Source: an uncultured Alphaproteobacteria bacterium (GTDB lineage Bacteria > Pseudomonadota > Alphaproteobacteria > Rhodobacterales > Rhodobacteraceae). Taken from it: a DNA stretch of 64,000 bases. Of this stretch, positions 33,595-45,945 are shown piece after piece. The position numbers were made by a program, and so were the translations under genes. Location of the stretch: assembly GCA_963773475.1 (NCBI GenBank), contig CAVZBD010000002.1, positions 323,618 to 387,617 of the forward strand, in the 5' to 3' direction. Under the pieces are notes generated by a model that did no database searches, was not told where the DNA came from, and worked only from the letters and a program-made list of their open reading frames with translations. The first letter of the stretch is position 1; every line of letters begins with the position of its first letter.

Positions 33595-34688
33595 TGGCCC
33601 GCGCCCCTCCTGGTCATCGCGGCGGGCGGCACCGGCGGGCACATGTTTCCCGCCCAGGCGCTGGCCGAGGAGATGCTCGGCCGCGGCTGGCGCGTGCGGC
33701 TGTCGACCGACGCGCGCGGCGCCCGCTATGCCGGCGGCTTCCCCGAGGCGGTGCCGGTCGACGCATGGCCTCGGCCACCTTCGCCCGCGGCGGCCTGCTG
33801 GCCCGCGCCGCGGTGCCGTTCCGCATCGCCGGCGGCTCGGGCGCGGCGCTGTGGCGGATGTCGCGCGACCGGCCGGCCGCGGTGGTGGGCTTCGGCGGCT
33901 ATCCCTCGATCCCGGCGATGGCGGCGGCGGCGATGCTGCGCCTGCCGCGCATGATCCACGAGCAGAACGGCGTGCTCGGCCGCGTCAACCGCACGCTTCG
34001 CCCCGCGCGTGGCCGCGGTGGCCTGCGGCGCCTGGCCCACCCGCCTGCCCGAGGGCGTCGACGGCCTTCCACGTCGGCAACCCGGTGCGCGCCGCGGTGC
34101 TGGAGCGCCAGGGCGCCCCCTACATCGCGCCGGGCGACTACCCCATGTCGCTGCTGGTGATCGGCGGCAGCCAGGGCGCGCGGATCCTCTCCGACGTCGT
34201 GCCCGAGGCGGTGGCGCGCTGCCCGAGGGGCTGCGCCGCAACATCCGCGTCGCCCACCAGGCCCGCGCCGAGGACGGCAGCCGCGTGTCGGAAACCTACG
34301 CCCGCGCCGGCATCGACGCCGAGGTGCGCCCGTTCTTCGACGACATCGCCGCCCGCATGGCCGAGGCGCAGCTGGTGATCTCCCGCTCGGGCGCCTCGAC
34401 CGTCGCGGACCTGTCGGTCATCGGCCGCCCGGCGATCCTGATCCCGTTCGCCGCCGCCGCCGCGACCACCAGACCGCCAACGCCCGCGGCCTGGTCGAGG
34501 CCGGCGCGGCGATCCGCCTGCCCGAATCCAAGCTCGACGCGCCGACGCTGGCCGAGCAGATGTCGCTGGTGCTCGAGAACCCCGACGCCGCCAGCCGCAT
34601 GGCGCGCGCCGCCATGGCGCAGGGCAGGCCCGACGCGGCGGCGCGGCTGGCCGACATGGTCGAGGCGCTGGCCTCGGGTGACTGGTGA
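33594..34688 (+). CDS. murG: Lipid II GlcNAc transferase (frameshifted)
   Basis: [44 protein letters not shown]. Confidence 0.93.
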
Positions 34689-34721
34689 TGCAGGAGAGCT
34701 GAGATGGACGGAGGCACCCTC

Positions 34722-36125
34722 ATGGCCGCGGCCACCAAACTGCCGACCGAGATGGGGCCGATCCACTTCGTCGGCATCGGCGGCATCGGCATGTCCGGCA
34801 TCGCCGAGGTGCTGCTGAACCACGGCTACCGGGTGCAGGGCTCGGACCTGACGGCCCTCGCCAGATCACCGAGCGGCTCGAGGGGCTCGGCGCCCGCATC
34901 TTCGTCGGGCCAGGACGCGGCCAACCTCGAGGGCGCCGCGGTGGTGGTGATCTCCTCGGCGATCAAGCGCGGCAACCCCGAGCTCGACGCGGCCCGCGCG
35001 CTGGGCCTGCCCGTGGTCCGCCGCGCCGAGATGCTGGCCGAACTCATGCGGCTGAAGTCGAACGTCGCCGTCGCCGGCACCCACGGCAAGACCACCACCA
35101 CGACCATGGTCGCCACGCTGCTGGACGCCGGCGGGCTCGACCCCACGGTCATCAACGGCGGCATCATCCACGCCTACGGCTCGAACGCGCGCGCAGGGCA
35201 GGGCGAGTGGATGGTGGTCGAGGCCGACGAGAGCGACGGCACCTTCAACCGCCTGCCGGCCACCATCGCGATGGTCACCAACATCGACCCCGAGCACATG
35301 GAGCACTGGGGCACGCCTCGAGAACCTGCGCCAGGGCTTCACCGACTTCGTGTCGAACATCCCGTTCTACGGCCTCGCCGTGTGCTGCACCGACCACCCC
35401 GAGGTGCAGGCGCTGGTCGGCCGGATCACCGACCGCCGCGTCGTGACCTTCGGCTTCAACGCCCAGGCCGACGTGCGCGGCGATCAACCTGCGCTACGAG
35501 AAGGGCGTGGCGCATTTCGACATCGCGCTGCAGGCCGAGGACACGGTGATCGAGGGCTGCACCCTGCCGATGCCGGGCGACCACAACGTCTCGAACGCGC
35601 TGGGCGCGGTGGCCGTGGCCCGCCACCTGGGCATGAAGCGCGCCGAGATCCGCGAGGCGCTGGCCGGCTTCGGCGGCGTCAACCGCCGCTTCACCCGCGT
35701 GGGCGAGGTGAACGGCGTCGACCATCATCGACGATTACGGCCACCACCCGGTCGAGATCGCGGCGGTCCTCCGCGCCGCCCGGCAGGCCACCGACGGCCG
35801 GGTGATCGCCGTGCACCAGCCGCACCGCTACAGCCGGCTGGCGAACCTCTTCGAGGATTTCTGCACCTGCTTCAACGACGCCGACGTGGTGGGCATCGCC
35901 GACGTCTACCCGGCCGGCGAGGCGCCGATCGAGGGCGCCGACCGCGACAGCCTGGTCAGCGGCCTGATCCGCCACGGCCACCGCCACGCCCGCGCCGTGA
36001 TCGACGAGGACGACCTCGAGCGGCTGGTCCGCGAACAGGCGCGCCCCGGCGACATGGTCGTCTGTCTCGGCGCCGGCACGATCAGCGCCTGGGCCAACGC
36101 CCTGCCGGAGCGGCTGGCGAGATGA
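34722..36125 (+). CDS. murC: UDP-MurNAc-L-Ala ligase (frameshifted)
   Basis: [55 protein letters not shown]. Confidence 0.94.
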
Positions 36126-36382
36126 CCGCGTCGCTGGCCCTTGCCGCGATCTGGGCGCTGGGCGCGGTGGCCGCGGCCCTGCTGCCGCGCATCGCGCGCC
36201 GGCGGGCCGTCGACACGCTGATCGGGGCGGGCGTGCCGATCCTGGGCTACGTCACCTTCCAGAACGGGCCGTGGACGGGGCTGCTGGTGCTCGCCGCGGG
36301 CGTGCTGCTGCTGCGCCTGCCGGTCTGCCGCGCCCGCCGGTGGACCGACGACGCCTGGCATCGCATCCGGGGCGCCGAATGA
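36122..36382 (+). CDS. DUF2484 family small membrane protein
   Basis: [14 protein letters not shown]...[28 protein letters not shown]; overlaps the murC stop (ATGA). Confidence 0.8.
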   Translation: MTASLALAAIWALGAVAAALLPRIARRRAVDTLIGAGVPILGYVTFQNGPWTGLLVLAAGVLLLRLPVCRARRWTDDAWHRIRGAE

Positions 36383-36440
36383 TCCCGCCGGCCCATCCGC
36401 CGACACCTCCGGCCCCCGCAACGAAGGCGCCGCCGCGTCC

Positions 36441-37135
36441 CCGCGCCCTCCCGCGCCCCGCCCCGACCGCCACCGACGCCCCCACCCCCCTGCCGCGGCC
36501 GGCACCACTCCTGCCGCACCCCCGCCGCCCCTGGCGGTCCTCTCCGGCACCCGCGAAACCCCCGGCGCCCGCGACAACTCCGGTCTGCCCCTTGGCGGGC
36601 CGCCTCACCCACAACCGCGACCTTCCGCGCCCGCGCTGACCGGCACAGGCGCCCCCGGCTGGTGGTCTCCGGTACCCGCGACGCCCCCGGCGCCCGAGAT
36701 CCTGACACGCATCCGCCTCGGGCTTCCCGACCGCCTTGCCCACAACCGCGCCCTCCCGCGCCTCGCCCCGACCGGCACAGACGCACCCGCTCGACCTGCC
36801 GCTCCCGACCCCACTCCTGCCGCACCTCCGCCGCCCCCGGCGGCGCTCCCCGGCGCCCGCGACGAAACCGCTCCGCCCCCTGGTGGGCCGCCTCACCTAC
36901 ACCCGAGACCTTCCGCGCCTCGCCGCGATCGGCACAGGCGCCCCCGGCTGGTGGTCTCCGGTACCCGCGACGCCCCCGGCGCCCGAGATCCTGACACGCA
37001 TCCGCCTGGGGCTTCCTCACCGCCTCACCCACAACCGCGCCCTCCCGCGCCTCGCCCCGACCGGCACAGACGCTGGCCGCTCACCTGCCGCTCCCGACCC
37101 CACTCCTGCCGCTCCCCCGCCGCCCCCGGCGGCGC
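36441..37135. repeat. C-rich higher-order tandem repeat (~289 bp period, ~2.5 units, five ~50-bp cores)
   Basis: Core CCGCCTCACCCACAACCGCG..CT.CCGCGCC.CG....GACCGGCACAG at 36600, 36731, 36888 and 37020, partial at 36441; 36649-36730 is nearly identical to 36938-37019. Confidence 0.85.
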
Positions 37136-37301
37136 CGTCCACAAGGCGGACGCCCGCGGCGCCCGCGATGGCGCCGGTCGGCCCCGTGGCTCTCGGCCGC
37201 CGCACCGGTTGTGACCTCACGGGGCGCGGGGCGAGCGGCCGGGCGAAACTGCCGGCGTCGGCCCTTCCGCTTACCCGCTTGCGGGGCAGGGGCGGCGCGG
37301 A

Positions 37302-38263
37302 ATGACGGCGATCGACCTGCCCCAGGTGCGCGGCCGGCTGACGCGCGACCGCGACCTCTCGGGCCTCACCTGGCTGCGGGTCGGCGGGCCGGCCGACTGG
37401 CTGTTCCAGCCCGCCGACGAGGAGGACCTGGCGCAGTTCCTGGCCGCGCTCGACCCGGCGGTGCCGGTCTTTCCGATGGGCGTCGGCTCGAACCTGATCG
37501 TGCGCGACGGCGGGATCGCGGGCGTGGTGGTCCGCCTCGGCCGCGGCTTCAACGGCATCGCGGTCGAGGGCGACCCGGGTCACCGCCGGGGCCGCCGCGC
37601 TGGACGCCCATGTGGCCAGCAAGGCCGCCGAGGCGGGGGTCGACCTGACCTTCCTGCGCACCATCCCCGGCGCCATCGGCGGCGCGGTGCGGATGAACGC
37701 CGGCTGCTACGGCACGCTACATCGCCGACGCCTGCGTCTCGGCGACCGTGCGTCACCCGCGACGGCGCGCGTGCGTGACGCTGCACGGCCGAGCGAGCTG
37801 GGCTTCGCCTACCGCCAGACCGACCTGCCCGACGGGCTGGATCGTCACCGGCGCGGTGCTGCAGCGGCCCGCCGGGCGATCCCGGCCGAGCTGGCGGCGC
37901 GGATGGAGGAGCAGCTCGCCCGCCGCGACGCCAGCCAGCCCACGAAGGAGCGCACCGCCGGCTCGACCTTCCGCAACCCCGCCGGCTTCTCCTCGACCGG
38001 GCCGCGCCGACGACAGCCACGAGCTGAAGGCCTGGAAGCTGATCGACGCGCGCCGGGCCTGCGCGGGGCGCGCCTGGGCGGGGCGCAGATGAGCGAGAAG
38101 CACCCCAATTTCCTGATCAACGCCGGCGGCGCCACGCGCCGCCGACCTCGAAGGCGCTGGGCGAGAGAGGTGCGAAAAAAGGTGTTCCGAAACCACGGGC
38201 ATGCGGCTAGAGTGGGAAATCATGCGGGTCGGCGAACCGGCACCGCGCAACGGGCCGTCCTGA
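37302..38263 (+). CDS. murB: UDP-N-acetylenolpyruvoylglucosamine reductase (frameshifted)
   Basis: [65 protein letters not shown]. Confidence 0.93.
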
Positions 38264-38417
38264 CGGCCCGGCAAAACGGGCCGGCCAACGGCCCGACGCA
38301 CAAGGCAGGACGGGCCTGGGGCCAGCGGCCCGCACAAGGCAAGGGGCCGGCCAACGGCCCCACCGAACGGGCCGGCAAACGGTCCGACTCGAGGCAACGG
38401 GGCCGGATCACGGCCCG
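38251..38417. repeat. Array of six GGGCCG-N5-6-CGGCCC-type hairpins between murB and ddl
   Basis: Hairpins start at ~38251, 38277, 38311 (degenerate), 38343, 38368 and 38400, with A-rich linkers. Confidence 0.8.
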
Positions 38418-38440
38418 GGCAGAGGCAAGGACGTGGCGGG

Positions 38441-40257
<1,817 letters not shown>

Positions 40258-40261
<4 letters not shown>

Positions 40262-41610
40262 CCGATCTCTACCAGTCCCAGCGGGCGATGCGGAACATGC
40301 GCAAGGCCGCGATGCAGCGCGGCGTGATCGCGATCCTCGACGTCGGCACCTCCAAGATCGCCTGCCTGGTGCTGCGCTTCGACGGCCCCGAGCGCTGCCG
40401 CGGCGGCGACGGCGTCGGCTCGCTGGCCGGGCAGTCGCGCGTTCCGCGTGATCGGCGCCGCCACCACCCGCTCGCGCGGCGTGCGCTTCGGCGAGATCGA
40501 CGCGCATGGCGGAGACCGAGCGCGCGATCCGCACCGCCGTGCAGGCGGCGCAGAAGATGGCCAACGTCCGGGTCGACCACGTCATCGCCTGCTTCGCCGG
40601 CGGCGCGGCCGCGCAGCTACGGGCTGGCCGGGCGAGGTCGACGCTCGCCGGCGAGCGTGGTGCAGCGAGCAGGACGTGGCCCGCGTGCTGGCCGCCTGCG
40701 ACGTGCCCGACTATCGGCGACGGCCGCGAGGTGCTGCACGCCCAGCCGGTGAACTTCGCGCTCGACCACCGCATCGGGCCTCGCCGACCCGCGCGGCCAG
40801 ATCGGGCAACCGGCTGGCCTGCGACATGCACCTGCTGACGGTCGACGCGCGCGCGATCCAGAACCTGCTCCACTGCATCAAGCGCTGCGACCTGGAACTC
40901 GCGGGGCTCGCCTCGCTCGGCCTATGTCTCGGGCATCTCGAGCCTGGTCGAGGACGAGCAGGAGCTGGGCGCGGCCTGCATCGACATGGGCGGCGGCGCG
41001 ACCGGCGCTGTCGATCTTCATGCAAGAAGCACATGATCTACGCCGACGCGGTGCGGCTGGGCGGCGACCACGTCACCGCCGACATCTCCAAGGGGCTGCA
41101 GGTGCCGCTGGCGATGGCCGAGCGGATCAAGACCTTCTACGGCGGCGTCGTCGCCACCGGCATGGACGACCGCGAGATGATCGAGATCGGCGGCGACACC
41201 GGCGACTGGGAGCACGACCGCCGCACCGTCAGCCGCGCCGAGCTGATCGGCATCATGCGGCCGCGGGTCGAGGAGATCCTCGAGGAGGTGCGCGCGCGCG
41301 CTCGACGCGGCCGGGCTTCGAGCATCTGCCCAGCCAGCAGATCGTGCTGACCGGCGGCGCCAGCCAGATCCCCGGCCTCGACGGGCTGGCCCCGCGGATC
41401 CTGGGCCAGCAGGTGCGCCTCGGCCGGCCGCTGCGCGTCCAGGGCCTGCCGCAGGCGGCGACCGGCGCCGGCCTTCTGCCAGCGCCGTCGGCCTGTGCCT
41501 GTTCGCGGCGCATCCGCAGGACGAATGGTGGGATTTCGAGATGCCCGCCGACCGCTACCCCGCCCGCTCGCTGCAGCCGCGCGGTGCAATGGTTCAGGGA
41601 CAACTGGTGA
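40258..41610 (+). CDS. ftsA: Cell division protein FtsA (frameshifted)
   Basis: AILDVGTSKIAC, CIDMGGG, LGGDHVTADI, AERIKT, IVLTGGASQIPG, ends WFRDNW. Confidence 0.92.
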
Positions 41611-42107
41611 GGCGCCGGAGCGGGCGTCTTGGCCGAACCCCGGACCGTTTTCGTGCACGTCGTGGACGCTCCGGCCGGACATTGCGTACGGAACCGGCCT
41701 CGCGGCCCTGCGGCGGATCGCTTGCCGGCCGCCGCAACTCGGGGGTGACAAGGTCCGCGCGATGCGCCAATCTCGCATCGAAGACGGACGGAAAACGTCC
41801 GCGGGCGGCACGAGCAGTGCGGCCGCTCACATCGTAGGCATCGGACCAGGCGCCGCTTCTGGTCAAGGCGCCGGGACACGACCGTTCTCCGCGCTCATAG
41901 TCGCGTGCGCCGGTCAAACCTCCAATATGCTGGTGTCTCCGCCAGATCCCGGTGGGGGACAGAGGCATTTCCTGCCATATTTTGTGGCTTTACCTGCGTT
42001 TTTCGGGTGACGCGCACGCGCCTTGCGCGTATGCTCGAAACGAAAAGGGCGTGAGGCAGTCCGGTCGGGTCGGGCCGGTCCAAAACGGAAACAGGCGGAC
42101 GGAGCAG

Positions 42108-43721
42108 ATGACATTGAACCTCACGATGCCCCAGGACGACGACGAGCTGAAGCCGCGGATCACCGTCTTCGGCGTCGGCGGCGCCGGCGGCAACGCCGTC
42201 AACAACATGATCGAGAAGGAGCTCGACGGGGTCGAGTTCGTCGTCGCCAACACCGACGCCCAGGCGCTGCAGCAGTCCGAACGCGCAGAACCGCATCCAG
42301 ATGGGCGTGAAGGTGACCGAGGGGCTGGGCGCCGGCGCCCGGCCCGTCGGTCGGCGCCGCCGCGGCCGAGGAGAGCATCGAGGAGATCGTCGACCACCTG
42401 GCCGGCGCGCACATGTGCTTCATCACCGCCGGCATGGGCGGCGGCACCGGCACCGGCGCCGCGCCGATCATCGCCCAGGCCGCGCGCGAGCTGGGCGTGC
42501 TGACCGTCGGCGTCGTGACCAAGCCCTTCCAGTTCGAGGGCGCCAAGCGGATGCGCCAGGCCGAGGAGGGCGTCGAGGCCCTGCAGAAGGTGGTCGACAC
42601 GCTGATCATCATCCCGAACCAGAACCTGTTCCGGCTGGCCAACGAGAAGACGACCTTCACCGAGGCCTTCTCGATGGCCGACGACGTGCTCTACCAGGGC
42701 GTCAAGGGCGTGACCGACCTGATGGTGCGCCCGGGCCTGATCAACCTCGACTTCGCCGACGTCCGCGCGGTGATGGACGAGATGGGCAAGGCGATGATGG
42801 GCACCGGCGAGGCCGACGGCGAGGATCGCGCGATCCAGGCCGCCGAGAAGGCCATCGCCAACCCGCTGCTGGACGAGATCAGCCTGCAAGCGGCGCCAAG
42901 GGCGTGCTGATCAACATCACCGGCGGCTACGACCTGACCCTGTTCGAACTGGACGAGGCGGCGAACCGCATCCGCGAGGAGGTGGACCCGGACGCCAACA
43001 TCATCGTCGGCTCGACGCTCGACACCGACGATGGAAGGCAGGATGCGCGTCTCCGTCGTCGCCACCGGCATCGACGCGGCGCCGGCGAGCGCCGAAATGC
43101 CGGTGCCGCGCCGCGCCGGCCGCTGCAGCCGCCGAGAGCGCCGGCCGCCGGATCCAGGCCGAGCCGCGACGCCGGTCGCAGCCGAGGCCAGCCGCGCCGC
43201 AGCGCCGTGCAGCCGGCCGAGGCCGAAGAGAGCCGTCGCTCTTCGCCGAGTTCGACGAGCCGCTCCGGCCGAGCCGCGAGGACCGACGCGCGATGGATGC
43301 CGACGACGATCTGCCGCCGCCGGCCTACCAGCCGCAGGCGCAGCAGCCGGCCGCCGGCCGAGCCGCCGGCGCCGCCGAGCTTCGTCGCGCCGCGCGCGCC
43401 GCGCCCGGCACCCCGTCGCCCGAGGCGCTGGCCCGCCTGCAGGCGGCGGTGCGCAAGCAGCCGCGCCGCAGCCGCCGCGGCCGCAGCACGGCCGTCGGCG
43501 CGGCCGATCCGCACGCGCGGCGAGCGCCCGCGCTTCGGGATCAACTCGCTGATCAACCGGATGACCGGCCACGAGGCGCCGCGCCGCGGCGCGATCGGCG
43601 CCGCGCCGCCGCCGGCCCGGCATCAGCCGCCCAGCTCACGAGGCGCCGCGCCGAGGACGAGACGTCGGCCGAGCAGGAGCGGATCGAGATCCCGGCCTTC
43701 CTGCGCCGCCAGGCGAACTGA
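42108..43721 (+). CDS. ftsZ: Cell division protein FtsZ with long alphaproteobacterial linker (frameshifted)
   Basis: [35 protein letters not shown]-terminal [12 protein letters not shown]. Confidence 0.96.
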
Positions 43722-43955
43722 CGCGACACCACTCACGAGCAAGACGACGAGGGCCGGCCATGCGCCGGCCTTTCCTTCGAGCCGCGTTCCGGCGCCCGGT
43801 TGCCAGCGCCGCGACTGCCGCGCGCAGATGTTTCAACCCGTTGCAAAGATTGAGTTGAGGGTGTCCGCTCCGCGTCCCCTAAGTGCCTCGGGAGGACGGC
43901 CGCCGCAGGCGGGTATCGTGGCCGCCGTGGCGGCGACATGAGGTAAGGGGCAAAC

Positions 43956-44886
43956 GTGCAGACGACGCTCAAATCGCCGGTCACGTTCACCGGCATCGGC
44001 CTGCATTCCGGCCGCCCGGTGCGCATGACGTGCACCCGGCCTCCGCCGAGTACGGCATCTGGTTCCGGCGCACCGACGTGCGTGACCGCGACGCGCTGAT
44101 CCCGGCGCGCTGGGACGCCGTCGTGCCCTCGCGCCTCTGCACCCGTGATCCGAACGCGGCGGCGTCACGGTCTCGACGGTCGAGCACCTGATGGCCGCGC
44201 TGGCCGGCTGCGGCATCCAGCAACGCGCTGGTCGAGATCGACGGCCCCGAAGTGCCGATCCTCGACGGCATCGCCGGCGCCCTTCGTGCGCGGCGTTCCT
44301 GGCCCGCGGGCTGCGCCAGCTGCAGCGCGCCGGTCCGCGCGCTCGAGGTGCTGCGAGCCGGTCGAGGTCCGCGACGGCGGCGCCATCGCCCGGCTGGAGC
44401 CGGCGCCGGCGCCGGCGATCGACTTTCGACATCGACTTCGCCGACCGCGCGATCGGCCGGCAGGAGAAGACGCTGGAACATGGCCAACGGCGCCTTCGTG
44501 CGCGAACTTGCCGACAGCCGCACCTTCTGCCGGCAGGCCGACGTCGACGCGATGCGGGCCAGGGCCTGGCGCTTGGCGGCACCTGCGACAACGCCGTGGT
44601 GGTCGACGGCGACCGCGTCCTGAGCCCCGGCGGCCTGCGCCACGCGGACGAGGCGGTGCGCCACAAGATGCTGGACGCGCTGGGCGACCTCGCGCTGGCC
44701 GGGCGCGCCGATCCTGGCCGCTACACCGGCGACCGGGCCGGGCCACGCGATGACCAACGCGCTGCTGCGCGCGCTCTTCGCGCGACCCGGCGCCTGCCGC
44801 ATGGTGGTCTGCGACGCGGCGACGGCGGCGCGCCTGCCGGGCGCGGGCGTCAGCGCGCGCGGACCTGCCGCGCGCTGGTCGCCTGA
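43956..44886 (+). CDS. lpxC: UDP-3-O-acyl-GlcNAc deacetylase (frameshifted)
   Basis: GTG start QTTLKS...[42 protein letters not shown]. Confidence 0.92.
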
Positions 44887-45024
44887 GCCGCCGCGCGCCG
44901 GTGCATGCCGTGCGCGCAAAGGCGTTTTGCCCGTCGTCTTCTGTGCTAGACGGCCAGCCGCGGTGGCCGCCGTGCTGGCGGCAGTGCCGCGACGGCGCGG
45001 GAAGCCGACGACGCGGGTGGCGCG

Positions 45025-45890
45025 ATGGGCAGGCGACGATCGCAGCACGGGGACTGCGTCGGCGTGGTCTGCGATGCTGTGTCGGCGCTTCTGCTGGCGG
45101 CCTGCGGCGGCTCGGTTCGCCAGCGCAGCGAGGCGCCCGCTGGACGAGCTACACCGCCGAGCAGATCTACGAGCGCGGCGAGTTCGAGCTGGCGCACGAC
45201 CGACGCCCGAGGACGCGGCCCGCTATCTTCGGCGAGGTCGAGCGGCTCTATCCCTATTCGGAATGGGCCAAGCGCGGCGCTGATCATGCAGGCCTTCGCC
45301 TACCACCGGGACCGCGACTACGAGGCAGCCGCGCCGCGGCGCAGCGTTACCTCGACTTCTACCCGGCCGACGAGGATGCGGCCTATGCGCAGTACCTGCT
45401 GGCGCTCAGCTACTACGACCAGATCGACGAGGTCGGCCGCGACCAGGGCCTGACCTTCCAGGCGCTGCAGGCGCTGCGCGAGGTGATCGAGCACTATCCC
45501 GACAGCGAATACGCCGCGCTCGGCGATCCTGAAGTTCGACCTCGCCTTCGACCATCTCGCCGGCAAGGAGATGGAGATCGGGCGCTACTACCTGAAGCGC
45601 GGCCACTACGCCGCCGCGATCAACCGCTTCCGCGTGGTGGTCGAGGAGTTCCAGACCACCACCCACACGCCCGAGGCGCTGCACCGGCTGGTCGAGGCCT
45701 ACCTGGCGCTCGGCCTGACGGACGAGGCGCAGACCGCCGGCGCGATCCTGGGCTACAACTTCCAGCTCGACCGAGTGGTACCAGGACAGCTACGCCCTGC
45801 TGACCGGCCGCGGGCTGACGCTGGAGCCCGCGGGCGACAGCTGGCTGCGCTCGATCTACCGCCAGGTGATCCGGGGCGAGTGGCTGCTGA
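45025..45890 (+). CDS. bamD: Outer membrane protein assembly lipoprotein BamD (frameshifted)
   Basis: Lipobox LLAACGG, EVERLYPYSEWA, RDQGLT, HLAGKEMEIGRYY, AAINRF, EALHRLVEAY. Confidence 0.9.
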
Positions 45891-45945
45891 CGCGGCCGCG
45901 GTGCAGTGACGAGCCATCCGGCACGCCGTACGGGTGACGAGCTGG

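Noticed and set aside
36441-37135. Repeat-spacer pattern as a CRISPR array
   Set aside because: The cores are ~50 bp and degenerate, the spacers are 80-120 bp and themselves repeat (A/B alternation), and there are no cas genes or leader in the window.
36379-37305. Pro-rich ORFs (36379-36639, 36736-37305) as real proteins
   Set aside because: The repeat period of 288-289 bp shifts frame between units, and the composition simply reflects C-rich DNA.
38251-38417. Hairpin array as a mini-CRISPR
   Set aside because: The linkers are only ~6-15 nt and partly repeated, too short to be spacers.
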